Program-made: the position numbers and the translations under genes
In this document: positions 10,434 through 19,153 of the stretch, one piece after another
Layout: each line of letters opens with the position of its first letter
Position numbering within the stretch: position 1 is the first letter of the stretch
Notes under the pieces: generated by a model
Database searches by the model: none
Told to the model about the DNA's origin: nothing
Seen by the model: only the letters and a program-made list of their open reading frames with translations
NCBI GenBank assembly: GCA_022827785.1
Contig: JAJEIM010000042.1
Location: 2,924 to 66,923, forward strand
Direction: 5' to 3'
Length of the DNA: 64,000 bases
Source: Acidimicrobiia bacterium
Lineage (GTDB): Bacteria; Actinomycetota; Acidimicrobiia; Spongiisociales; Spongiisociaceae

Positions 10434-10480
10434 CACCGACCACTGACCACTGACCACTGACCACTGACCACTGGCCACTA
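10434..10480. repeat. Tandem heptanucleotide array (CACCGAC, CACTGAC x4, CACTGGC, CACTA) about 6.7 copies
   Basis: Read directly from the sequence, immediately upstream of the alaS start. Partially inverse-complementary to the 10321-10362 array. Confidence 0.85.
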
Positions 10481-10491
10481 ACCTGCATCTG

Positions 10492-13113
10492 ATGCGAGCC
10501 AATGCCATCCGGCGCGCCTTCACCGACTTCTTCGCCGAGCGAGACCACGTAGTTCGTCCGTCCGCATCGTTGATTCCCACCGATCCCACGCTGCTGGTGA
10601 CCAACGCCGGCATGGTCCCGTTCAAGCCCTATTTCCTCGGGGAGGAGGAGCCCCCCTGGCCCCGAGCCGTCAGCGTCCAGAAGTGCGTTCGGACCGTCGA
10701 CATCGACATCATCGGTACCACTGCGCGCCATCTGACCATGTTCGAGATGCTCGGGAACTTCTCGTTCGGTGACTACTTCAAGGAACTGGCCATCCGCTAC
10801 GCCTTCGACTTCGTCACCGGGCCGCTCGGCCTGGATCCCGAACTGCTCTGGTACACGGTCTACGAGACCGACGACGAGGCCGAGGAGATCTGGATCGATT
10901 CGATCGGGGTTCCCCCCGCTCGGGTGCAGCGGGGCGGCAAGGACAACTTCTGGCAGATGGGCATTCCCGGCCCGTGCGGCCCGTGCTCGGAGATCTTCAT
11001 CGACCGGGGTCCGGCCTACGGGCATGACGGAGGCCCGATCGGTGGTGGCGAGGACCGGTTCGTGGAGCTGTGGAATCTGGTCTTCATGCAGAACATCCAG
11101 GACGAGCCCTATCACGTCGTCGGCGACATCCCCGCCAAGGGGATAGATACCGGTACCGGGCTGGAGCGCCTGGCGATGATCCTCCAGGGGGTCGACACCC
11201 TCTTCGAGGCCGACTGTGTCCATGACGTGCTGGCGGCTGCGTCGGGCGCCCTGGGCCGGACCTATGGCGAGGACGAACGGGTCGACGTGACGCTTCGCCT
11301 GCTCGCCGACCACGCCCGTGCCTCCACGTTCCTGATCGGCGACCGTGCCCTGCCCGGGAACGAGGGCCGGGGTTACGTGGTGAGACGCCTGATCCGCCGA
11401 GCGGTACGGCACGCCTGGCAACTGGGCAGCGAGAGCCTCATCATGCCCGGCCTGGCCGAGGTGACCGCCGACGTCATGGAGGATGCCTACCCCGAACTCA
11501 AAGCCAACCTCGACTTCATCCGGCACGTCTTCGAGCGGGAGGAGTCCCAGTTCCGGCGCACCCTCGCCACCGGTACCCAGATGCTGGACGAGGCACTGGA
11601 AGGTTCGGAAACGGATGAGGTCGTATCCGGTGCTCTGGCCTTCAAGCTGCACGACACGTACGGCTTTCCGATCGACCTCACGCGTGAGATCGTGGCCGAG
11701 CAACAGCGCGAGGTAGACCTGGACGGGTTCGAGGCCGAGATGGCCGCCCAGCGGACCCGGGCCAAGGCCGCCTGGAAGGGGGGAGCCGAGGCGGTCCGCG
11801 TCGAGTCCTACAAGCGCATCCTCGACACCGTCGGCCCCACCGAGTTCCTTGGTTACGTCAGGGACGATTCGCCTGCCCTCGTCCTCGCCATTCTCCGGGA
11901 GGGAGAGCTGGTGGAGAGGGCTGAGGCGGGTCAGGAGGTGGAGGTCTTCCTGGACAGCTCACCCTTCTACGCGGAGGCCGGCGGGCAGGTGGGCGATGTC
12001 GGCCTGATCGAGTCGGCGACCGGACGGATCGAGGTGGGCGACACGCAGGCGGCCGTGACCGGTTTGCACGGCCACCGAGGCAAGGTCGAAAGTGGGTTCG
12101 TCCAGACCGGGCAGGAGGTGGACGCTCGGATCGACAGCCCCCGGCGCGACCGCATCCGCAGGTCGCACACCGGCACCCACCTCCTCCATTGGGCGCTCCG
12201 GGAGGTGATAGGCGAGCATGCCAACCAGGCCGGTTCCCTGGTCCAGGACGGGCGCCTCCGTTTTGACTTCAGCCACTACACGGCGGTGCCTTCCGAAGAA
12301 CTCGGTGAGGTGGAGCAGCTGGTCAACCAGCGGGTGGTGGACAACCATCGGGTCGGGCTGCTCGAGACGTCCAAGGACGAAGCCGAGGCCATGGGGGCGC
12401 TGGCGTTCTTCGGCGACAAGTACGGTGAGCGTGTGCGGGTGGTCTCGGTGGGAGACTTCTCGGTCGAGTTCTGCGGGGGCACCCACGTGGGCAGTTCGGC
12501 GGAGATCGGGCCGCTGCTGGTCACCTCCGAATCCTCCATCGGGTCGAACGTTCGCCGGGTTGAGGCTCTGACCGGTATGGCCGCCTATGCCCATGCTCGG
12601 GAAGCGAGGGAGCGGTTGGCCGATGTAGGTCGCTTCCTAGGCATGTCGATGCCTGAAGTCCCGGCGGGCGTGCGCCGGCTCGCCGAGCGGGCCGACGCCA
12701 TCCAGAGCGAGTTGGATCAGCGCCGCCAGCAGGACAGGACAGCGGTCGCCGCCGACCTGGCGGGCGCGGCCCGGTGCACGGGTGATACCTCGTGGCTCGT
12801 GGCCGAACTCGACGATCACGCTCCGGTGGCGTTGCGCCAGGTCGGGGCGCAGGTCCGGGACCGGCTCGGGTCCGGTGTCGTGGTCCTGGGAAGCACGACG
12901 GGCGGCAAGGGGGCGCTGGTCGGCCTTGCGACCCGTGACCTGGTCGACCGGGGGGTCTCGGCGGCCGATCTCGTACTGGTGGGCGCCAAGCTTCTCGGCG
13001 GGGGAGGGAGTCGCGACCCCGAGTTATCACAGGCGGGCGGACCGAGAGGCGACAAGGTTGGCGAGGCGCTGGACGCGATTCGGGAGGCGGTGGCACGCCG
13101 TCTGAGTGCCTGA
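10492..13113 (+). CDS. alaS: Alanine--tRNA ligase
   Basis: 873 aa. N-terminus MRANAIRRAFTDFFAERDHVVRPSASLIP, FxGDYFK and the editing domain HTGTHLLHWALR. Confidence 0.95.
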   Translation: MRANAIRRAFTDFFAERDHVVRPSASLIPTDPTLLVTNAGMVPFKPYFLGEEEPPWPRAVSVQKCVRTVDIDIIGTTARHLTMFEMLGNFSFGDYFKELAIRYAFDFVTGPLGLDPELLWYTVYETDDEAEEIWIDSIGVPPARVQRGGKDNFWQMGIPGPCGPCSEIFIDRGPAYGHDGGPIGGGEDRFVELWNLVFMQNIQDEPYHVVGDIPAKGIDTGTGLERLAMILQGVDTLFEADCVHDVLAAASGALGRTYGEDERVDVTLRLLADHARASTFLIGDRALPGNEGRGYVVRRLIRRAVRHAWQLGSESLIMPGLAEVTADVMEDAYPELKANLDFIRHVFEREESQFRRTLATGTQMLDEALEGSETDEVVSGALAFKLHDTYGFPIDLTREIVAEQQREVDLDGFEAEMAAQRTRAKAAWKGGAEAVRVESYKRILDTVGPTEFLGYVRDDSPALVLAILREGELVERAEAGQEVEVFLDSSPFYAEAGGQVGDVGLIESATGRIEVGDTQAAVTGLHGHRGKVESGFVQTGQEVDARIDSPRRDRIRRSHTGTHLLHWALREVIGEHANQAGSLVQDGRLRFDFSHYTAVPSEELGEVEQLVNQRVVDNHRVGLLETSKDEAEAMGALAFFGDKYGERVRVVSVGDFSVEFCGGTHVGSSAEIGPLLVTSESSIGSNVRRVEALTGMAAYAHAREARERLADVGRFLGMSMPEVPAGVRRLAERADAIQSELDQRRQQDRTAVAADLAGAARCTGDTSWLVAELDDHAPVALRQVGAQVRDRLGSGVVVLGSTTGGKGALVGLATRDLVDRGVSAADLVLVGAKLLGGGGSRDPELSQAGGPRGDKVGEALDAIREAVARRLSA

Positions 13114-13556
13114 TGAGCGCCGTACCGGAACGGGCCAGCCGCATCATGGGCATCGACTACGGAAGCCGGCGAGTGGGTGTGGCTCTCTCCGACCGGCTCG
13201 GAATCGCCGCCCATCCCTTCGACGTGTTCGAGGCGGGTCCCGGCCTCCACCGCCGGCTGGCCGACCTGGTCGGTTCCGAGGATGTGACCGAGGTGGTGGT
13301 CGGGTTGCCGGTCTCGCTCGATGGCACCGAACAGGCTGCCGCCCGCAGGACCCGCCGCTTTGCCGATCGGCTCCGTCCCCTCGTCGGGGTGGAGGTGGTC
13401 CTCTACGACGAGCGCCTGACCACCCGGATCGCGGAAGGCGTCCTGGTGGCGGCCGGAACATCCCGGGCAAAGCGACGCCGGCGGGTCGACAAGGTAGCGG
13501 CCGCGGTGATGCTCCAGGGCTATCTGGACAATCGAGCTCGGGCGAGGGTGGAATGA
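13113..13556 (+). CDS. ruvX: Putative pre-16S rRNA nuclease / Holliday-junction resolvase YqgF (RuvX)
   Basis: GIDYGSRRVGVALSD N-terminal motif, 147 aa. Start overlaps the alaS stop. Confidence 0.88.
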   Translation: MSAVPERASRIMGIDYGSRRVGVALSDRLGIAAHPFDVFEAGPGLHRRLADLVGSEDVTEVVVGLPVSLDGTEQAAARRTRRFADRLRPLVGVEVVLYDERLTTRIAEGVLVAAGTSRAKRRRRVDKVAAAVMLQGYLDNRARARVE

Positions 13557-14680
13557 GCGCCTACCGGCGTCCGGATCGCCCGCCGGAGCGTCATACCGAC
13601 GGCGATGATCGGTGGCTGATCCGCGCCCGGGGCGGCATCACCGGCCTTCTGGTGGCGGCTGTCGTCACGTACGCCCTGGTGGTGGGGGGCGCCGGCCTGG
13701 GCAACTGGGTCAACAGGCTGGGCGGGCTCGGCGGAGGAGATGAGACCGTCGAGGTCGAGCCGGGTCGCACCGTGGTGGTGGAGATCCCGTCGGGGTCGAG
13801 TGCCCGCAGCATCGCCGGCATCCTCGTGAGCAACGGTGTGGTGCCCTCCGCCATCGAGTTCGAGTCATTGGTCCGGACCCGAGAGGCGGGCAGCCTCCTC
13901 AAGGCCGGCACCTACGAGTTGGTCACCGGAACCGACCTCGACGAGATCGTGGACCTTCTCATCGCGGGGCCGTCCCTCGATGTGTTCCGGGTGACGGTGG
14001 TCGAAGGACTCCGTCTCGGCGAGGTCCTGGAGGTGTTGGCCCTAGCCACCGGCGACTACACGGACGAGGACTTCACGGCTGCGCTCGCGAGCGGTGACGT
14101 CACCTCCTCCTACGTGCCCCAGGGTCTCGAGACAGGGGTATGGGAGGGGCTCTTCTTCCCGGCCACCTACGAGTTCTTCGGTGATGCAACCCCGTCCGAG
14201 ATGCTGCAACGGCTGGCGACCGAGATGGAGCGGCGCCTGGAGGGGTACGACTGGTCCACGGTCACCGCACGGGGCTTCTCGGTGTACGAAGGGCTGGTCA
14301 TGGCCTCGCTGGTGGAGGCCGAGGCCGGAACCGATGAGGACCGGCCCCTGATCGCCAGCGTTATCAACAACCGGCTGGAGCGGGGCATGCCGCTCCAGAT
14401 CGACGCCACGGTCCTCTACGCCCTGGGGGACCGGGGCCGGTCGCCCACGCTCGATGACCTCGAGTTCGAGTCTCCCTACAACACCTACCGGATCTCCGGG
14501 CTCCCGCCGACGCCGATCGGCGCGTCGGGCGCCAAGTCCATCGAAGCGGTCATCGAGCCGGCAGAGACCGACTACCTCTATTACGTTCTCACGTCGGAGG
14601 ACGGATCCCACTCCTTCTTCGTTGAATACGACGACTTCCTGGTGGCCAAGCAGCAGGCGGACGCTCTGGGGATCGGTTGA
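13553..14680 (+). CDS. mltG: Endolytic murein transglycosylase MltG (YceG family)
   Basis: N-terminal TM segment then a YceG-like domain (...LQIDATVLYALG...YNTYRISGLPPTPI). Start chosen at the ATG overlapping the ruvX stop, not the long upstream ORF extension from 13106. Confidence 0.85.
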   Translation: MSAYRRPDRPPERHTDGDDRWLIRARGGITGLLVAAVVTYALVVGGAGLGNWVNRLGGLGGGDETVEVEPGRTVVVEIPSGSSARSIAGILVSNGVVPSAIEFESLVRTREAGSLLKAGTYELVTGTDLDEIVDLLIAGPSLDVFRVTVVEGLRLGEVLEVLALATGDYTDEDFTAALASGDVTSSYVPQGLETGVWEGLFFPATYEFFGDATPSEMLQRLATEMERRLEGYDWSTVTARGFSVYEGLVMASLVEAEAGTDEDRPLIASVINNRLERGMPLQIDATVLYALGDRGRSPTLDDLEFESPYNTYRISGLPPTPIGASGAKSIEAVIEPAETDYLYYVLTSEDGSHSFFVEYDDFLVAKQQADALGIG

Positions 14681-15492
14681 TCCGGATGGCCTTCCTGCAT
14701 CTGGCGGTCCTCGGCGATCCGGTGGCCCATTCGCTCTCGCCGGTCATCCACGCGGCCGCCCTGGAGTTCGCGGGACTCGAGGGCGAGTACACCCGGCGCA
14801 GGGTTGATGGACAGGGCATGGGGCGGGCTGCCGCCGATCTGCGGTCCGGACGCCTGACCGGCGCCAACGTGACCATGCCCCACAAGGCGCTGGCCGCAGA
14901 GTTGGCCGACCGGCGCTCGGAAGCGGTGGTCCGGTCCGGCGGCGCCAACACCCTGTGGATGGAGGAGGGCCGGCTACACGCCGACTCGACCGATCCTGAC
15001 GGAGTGCGGTTCGCCTGGCAGCACGCCCGGCTCCCCGACGAAGCTCCGGTGCTGCTGCTGGGTGCGGGCGCGGCCGCCGCCGCGGCCCTCCTGGCACTGA
15101 GCGATCGTGACGTCCGGGTGGCGGCGCGGCGGCCGGAAGCAGCCCACGACCTGGTAGCCCGCGTCGGCGCCAGGGCGGCGGTCGCGCCGTGGGGGCGGCC
15201 GGTGGCGGGGGCGGTGCTGGTCAATGCCACCCCGCTGGGCATGGGTGGTGAAGACCTCCCGGCCGCCGTGCTGGAGCAGGCGGGGGGTTTGCTGGAACTG
15301 GCCTACGGCCACGGGCAGACCCCGGCAGAGATGGCGCTGCGGGCTCGGAACCTGCCAGTGGCCTCCGGGGAGCTGATGCTGGTAGGCCAGGGAGCGGCCT
15401 CCTTCGCCATCTGGACCGGCGTGGAGGTACCTCCGACCGTCATGCTGGAGGCGCTCGCCGGACACCGGGATCAACCCACAGCTCGCCCCTAG
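14677..15492 (+). CDS. aroE: Shikimate dehydrogenase
   Basis: LAVLGDPVAHSLSPVIHAAALEFAGL N-terminus typical of AroE. Overlaps the mltG stop. Confidence 0.85.
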   Translation: MIRMAFLHLAVLGDPVAHSLSPVIHAAALEFAGLEGEYTRRRVDGQGMGRAAADLRSGRLTGANVTMPHKALAAELADRRSEAVVRSGGANTLWMEEGRLHADSTDPDGVRFAWQHARLPDEAPVLLLGAGAAAAAALLALSDRDVRVAARRPEAAHDLVARVGARAAVAPWGRPVAGAVLVNATPLGMGGEDLPAAVLEQAGGLLELAYGHGQTPAEMALRARNLPVASGELMLVGQGAASFAIWTGVEVPPTVMLEALAGHRDQPTARP

Positions 15493-15602
15493 TGTCCCGG
15501 ATCGTTGGTTCGTCGGGTTCCAAGGCTTCCTGAACGAGGCACTTGACCGATCCGGATCGATCTTGATTCTCAGGCCTGTGACGTTGTCCGGCGACAAGGG
15601 GG

Positions 15603-15624
15603 TTGAATGTGTCACATCCGCGTT
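15603..15624 (+). promoter_or_regulatory. Candidate sigma-70-like promoter (TTGAAT -35, TATAGG -10-like) in a lower-GC intergenic patch
   Basis: TTGAAT-(15 nt)-TATAGG, read directly. Flanked by the inverted hexamers TGTGAC/GTCACA. Confidence 0.3.
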
Positions 15625-15837
15625 ATAGGTTGTTGGATTACCGCAATTGCCAAGCGGTTCGGCACCGACGTCGACCGGACCTCCGGAGGGATCAAATCGT
15701 TCGAGGTGGCCCCGTGGAGGGCATAGCGGACCGCGTCTCGAACCCAGGTGGTGGCGGTGGAGGAGGGCCCGCCGGGTCGGGTTTGGCGTGGCGATTTTCG
15801 CGTCATCTTTCCGATGCAGGACACAAGGAGCATGCTG

Positions 15838-15939
15838 ATGAAGACGGGGATGGGTTGGACCGCGATGTCTCTACCAGGGCTTTCATTGCCGAACTATCAG
15901 GCCACCCGGCCACTCTTCAGCACCCTCCTGGTGGACTAG
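15838..15939 (+). CDS. Candidate small protein (33 aa) with a strong SD, immediately upstream of the prepilin peptidase
   Basis: AAGGAG at 15825-15830, 7 nt before an ATG. ORF MKTGMGWTAMSLPGLSLPNYQATRPLFSTLLVD. No recognisable homology. Confidence 0.25.
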   Translation: MKTGMGWTAMSLPGLSLPNYQATRPLFSTLLVD

Positions 15940-15942
15940 GCG

Positions 15943-16719
15943 GTGCCGCTCCACCTTCTCATGGGAGTGGCGGGCCTCTTCGCGGGCCGATTCCTGGTGA
16001 CCCTGATCCGGGCCGACCTGGAGCGGGCGCCGATCAGGTCGGTCATAACCTGCCGCCCGGCCTGCGCTTGTCCTGCCAGGCCGGCGGACTACATGCCGAT
16101 GTTGTGGTGGGCGGTAAGCGGGGATCCCTGTTCCGGGTGCCACCGGCCTACCGGCGCACTTCACCGGCTGGTGGAGCCGGTGACCGCGGCCGCCTGGGCC
16201 GGTACGGCGTGGTTGGTCGGCGCGCAGTGGACGCTGGCGGCCCATCTGTGGATGGTGGCGGTGACGGTGGCGCTGGGCTTCGTAGACCTGCGGAGCTACC
16301 GCCTCCCCAACCGGGTGCTCGTACCCGGGACGGTGACGGGCCTTCTCCTGCTCGCCGGCGGCGCTCTTGCGGACGGTCGGATCGGCGACATGCCGGCGGC
16401 CCTGGCGGCCGGCCTCGGCTACTTCTGCGCGCTGCTGATCCCGGCCCTGCTGACCCGAGGCGCCATCGGGATGGGCGATGTCAAGCTGGCGTTCCTGCTG
16501 GGACTGTTCGCCGGTTACCACGGGTGGGAAACCGCCTTCTCAGCGCTGGCGGGGGCGTTCCTGGCGGTCGGATCGGCGGCCGCGGTGCTACTGGCACTGC
16601 GTCGTATCACCCGCCACGATTACCTGCCGTTCGGCCCGTTCATGGTCGCCGGGGCCTGGTTCGCGATCGCGCTACGAGTTGCCAACTACCAACTACTGTA
16701 TCCTGCCGGGTTCGTATGA
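15943..16719 (+). CDS. Prepilin (type IV leader) peptidase, A24 family
   Basis: N-terminal Cys cluster (CRPACACP...CSGCH) and the GMGDVKLAFLLGL catalytic-Asp motif. Multi-TM. Stop overlaps the argS ATG. Confidence 0.8.
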   Translation: MPLHLLMGVAGLFAGRFLVTLIRADLERAPIRSVITCRPACACPARPADYMPMLWWAVSGDPCSGCHRPTGALHRLVEPVTAAAWAGTAWLVGAQWTLAAHLWMVAVTVALGFVDLRSYRLPNRVLVPGTVTGLLLLAGGALADGRIGDMPAALAAGLGYFCALLIPALLTRGAIGMGDVKLAFLLGLFAGYHGWETAFSALAGAFLAVGSAAAVLLALRRITRHDYLPFGPFMVAGAWFAIALRVANYQLLYPAGFV

Positions 16720-18479
16720 GCCTTCTCTCGGATCTGACCACGATCGTCGCGGCCGGCTTCGAAGCCGCCGGATTGGACGCCTCGTTCGGCGCCGTCCAGG
16801 TCTCCGATCGTCCCGACCTGGGCCAGTTCCAATGCAACGGCGCGCTGGCCGCTGCTCGGAGCGCCGGCCGTGACCCTCGCTCCATAGCCCGCCAGGTGGC
16901 GGCGCAGATCGAGAGCGACCATAGGCTCGCGTCGGTGTCGATCGCCGGGCCGGGTTTCATCAACCTGACCGTAACCGACCGGACCCTCGCCGGCTGCATG
17001 GACGCCATGGCGGGGGACGAGCGGTTGGGCGTGTCCCCGGTCGAGGAGCCGCTAAATGTGATAGTGGACTATGCGGGGCCGAACGTGGCCAAGGCAATGC
17101 ATGTCGGGCACCTCCGAGCCACGATCATCGGGGACACTCTCAAGCGCCTCTTCCGTTTCGCAGGACACGAGGTGTTGGGAGACGTCCACTTCGGTGACTG
17201 GGGCCTTCAGATGGGCATGCTCATCGTGGCCACCCGCCGGCGCCGTCCGGACCTGGCGCACTTCGACAGATCCTACGGGGGTCCCTACGAGGAACCCCTC
17301 GACGTGACTCTGGCCGATCTCCAGGCGTGGTATCCGGAGATGGCTCGCGAGGTGGCGCGTGACGAGGACGTTGCCGCCGAAGCTCGCCGGGCGACCACCG
17401 ATCTCCAGTCGGGCCGGCCCGGATACGTGGCGCTCTGGGAACACTTCGTCCGGGTGTCCCGTGCCTCCCAGGAGCGGGACTTCTCCGACCTGGGGGTGGA
17501 GTTCGACCTCTGGTACGGGGAGAGCACGGTCCGGGATCTGCTCCGGCCGCTGGTGGATGACGCCCTTGCTCGGGGGGTAGCGGTGCGGTCGGACGGAGCC
17601 GTGGTGATCGAAGTGAGCCGGCCCGGCGACAAGGCCGAGATCACGCCCCTCGTGCTCGAGACCTCCCACGGGGCCTTCCTCTACGGCACCACCGACGTGG
17701 CCACCATCCAGATGCGGGTCGCGGACTTGAGGGCGGACCTGATCCTCTACGTAGTCGACTCTCGCCAGTCCTACCACCTCGAGCAGGTATTCCGGGCCGC
17801 CTGCCGGGCCGGCCTGTCCGGCCGGACAGTCATGGAACACATCGGCTTCGGAACCATGAACGCGCGGGACGGAACCCCCTTCAAGACGCGGGAGGGCGGT
17901 GTGCTCAGGTTGGGAGATCTGATCGAGATGGTCACTGACGCCGCGGCGACCCGTCTCGAGGAGTCGGACCTGGCAGCCGGATATTCGCGGGCGGAACGGG
18001 CCGTGATCGCTCGCCAGGTCGGGATCGCCGCTCTCAAGTTCGGCGACCTGGTCAACAACCGTACCTCCAACTACGTCTTCGACCTGCGCCGATTCACCGC
18101 GCTGGAAGGCAAGACCGGGCCCTACTTGCAGATGGCGGCAGTGCGAATGGATTCGATCCTCACCCGGGCCTCACGCCGGGGATTGGCGCCTGGCGCCGTC
18201 CTGCCGCCCCACCACGAGACGGACACCGGGCTCGTGCTACGCCTTCTCCAACTCCCGGAGGTGATCGACCGCGCCATGGAGTTGCGCGCCCCCAACCATC
18301 TGGCCGAATTCGCCTACGAGGTGGCTGCCGATTTCAGCCGTTTCTACGAGGCATGCCACATCCTGACCGAGCCTGATCCCGGGCAGCAGGCCTCGTGGCT
18401 GGAAATGGTCCGGACGGCCCGCCGGACGCTGGAGCTCCTGCTCGACCTGCTGGGAATCGAGGTTCCTGCCCGCATGTAG
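16716..18479 (+). CDS. argS: Arginine--tRNA ligase
   Basis: HVGH(LR) class-I motif (AKAMHVGHLRATIIGD) and the C-terminal DALR anticodon-binding region. Start at the ATG overlapping the pilD-like stop. The upstream part of ORF 15603..18479 is out-of-frame overlap with pilD. Confidence 0.9.
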   Translation: MSLLSDLTTIVAAGFEAAGLDASFGAVQVSDRPDLGQFQCNGALAAARSAGRDPRSIARQVAAQIESDHRLASVSIAGPGFINLTVTDRTLAGCMDAMAGDERLGVSPVEEPLNVIVDYAGPNVAKAMHVGHLRATIIGDTLKRLFRFAGHEVLGDVHFGDWGLQMGMLIVATRRRRPDLAHFDRSYGGPYEEPLDVTLADLQAWYPEMAREVARDEDVAAEARRATTDLQSGRPGYVALWEHFVRVSRASQERDFSDLGVEFDLWYGESTVRDLLRPLVDDALARGVAVRSDGAVVIEVSRPGDKAEITPLVLETSHGAFLYGTTDVATIQMRVADLRADLILYVVDSRQSYHLEQVFRAACRAGLSGRTVMEHIGFGTMNARDGTPFKTREGGVLRLGDLIEMVTDAAATRLEESDLAAGYSRAERAVIARQVGIAALKFGDLVNNRTSNYVFDLRRFTALEGKTGPYLQMAAVRMDSILTRASRRGLAPGAVLPPHHETDTGLVLRLLQLPEVIDRAMELRAPNHLAEFAYEVAADFSRFYEACHILTEPDPGQQASWLEMVRTARRTLELLLDLLGIEVPARM

Positions 18480-18514
18480 GCAATGGCCTGCCGGGCTCCC
18501 GATACGGCTCCCGC

Positions 18515-19153
18515 TCAGGCGCCCCGGTATTCCAGGATGACGAGGAGCATCCAGGGTGCGTAGAGCAGGGATGGAACGTTGGCGGTGATCCACCGGTAGC
18601 GCGGCGCCCCGTACTGGAGCGCCGGCCAGGCCAGTGCCAGGGCTATCAGACCCGCCGGCCAGGCCCGGCCGCCCACCACGCCCAGATAGGTAGGTACGAG
18701 GTCGAACAGTTCGGAGAAGCGGGCCAGCGCCGAGGCCGACAGGTCTGCCAGCCGGCCGGTGATCCACATGCAGACCAGGATGGCCGGCACCCAGGTGAGG
18801 AGCGTCTCCCACGGTTCAGCCTCCGCCCGCCGACCGGATCGCCCGAGTCCCCCCTCTGCGGCCAGGCCTATCACCGCCGCGCCGAGCATCAACACCGCCA
18901 CGCCGACCGCCAGGACTTCGGACTCCGGCGGCGCCAGATTCAGCGTGAGCAGGCCGAGCCCACCCAGGGCCATCCCGATCCCCATGCCGGCGAGTCCGGT
19001 GCCGATGACCGCCAGCACTACCCCGAGCACCGTCCGCAGCGACTGGATGCCGATGGTCGCCCACCTCCAGACCTCGGACCCGGGCTGGAGAGTCGGGGGC
19101 AGCAGTTCCGGGACGTTCCGGCGCCGCCGCTCATAAGGTGGGTAGTCGGTCAC
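18515..19153 (-). CDS. Hypothetical integral membrane protein
   Basis: 212 aa with several hydrophobic helices (GLAGMGIGMALGGLGLL...). No recognisable family. Confidence 0.5.
   Translation of the reverse strand: MTDYPPYERRRRNVPELLPPTLQPGSEVWRWATIGIQSLRTVLGVVLAVIGTGLAGMGIGMALGGLGLLTLNLAPPESEVLAVGVAVLMLGAAVIGLAAEGGLGRSGRRAEAEPWETLLTWVPAILVCMWITGRLADLSASALARFSELFDLVPTYLGVVGGRAWPAGLIALALAWPALQYGAPRYRWITANVPSLLYAPWMLLVILEYRGA

Noticed and set aside
10321-10480. Tandem heptamers as a CRISPR array
   Set aside because: 7-bp units with no spacers. No CRISPR-like 25-40-bp repeat/spacer periodicity occurs anywhere in the window.
10300-11703. 467-aa minus-strand ORF
   Set aside because: Antisense to alaS. 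No domain signatures. GC artefact.
15603-16715. Upstream two-fifths of the 958-aa ORF 15603..18479
   Set aside because: Only the portion from ATG 16716 is ArgRS. The upstream part overlaps the pilD-like gene out of frame and is Gly/Arg/Pro low-complexity.
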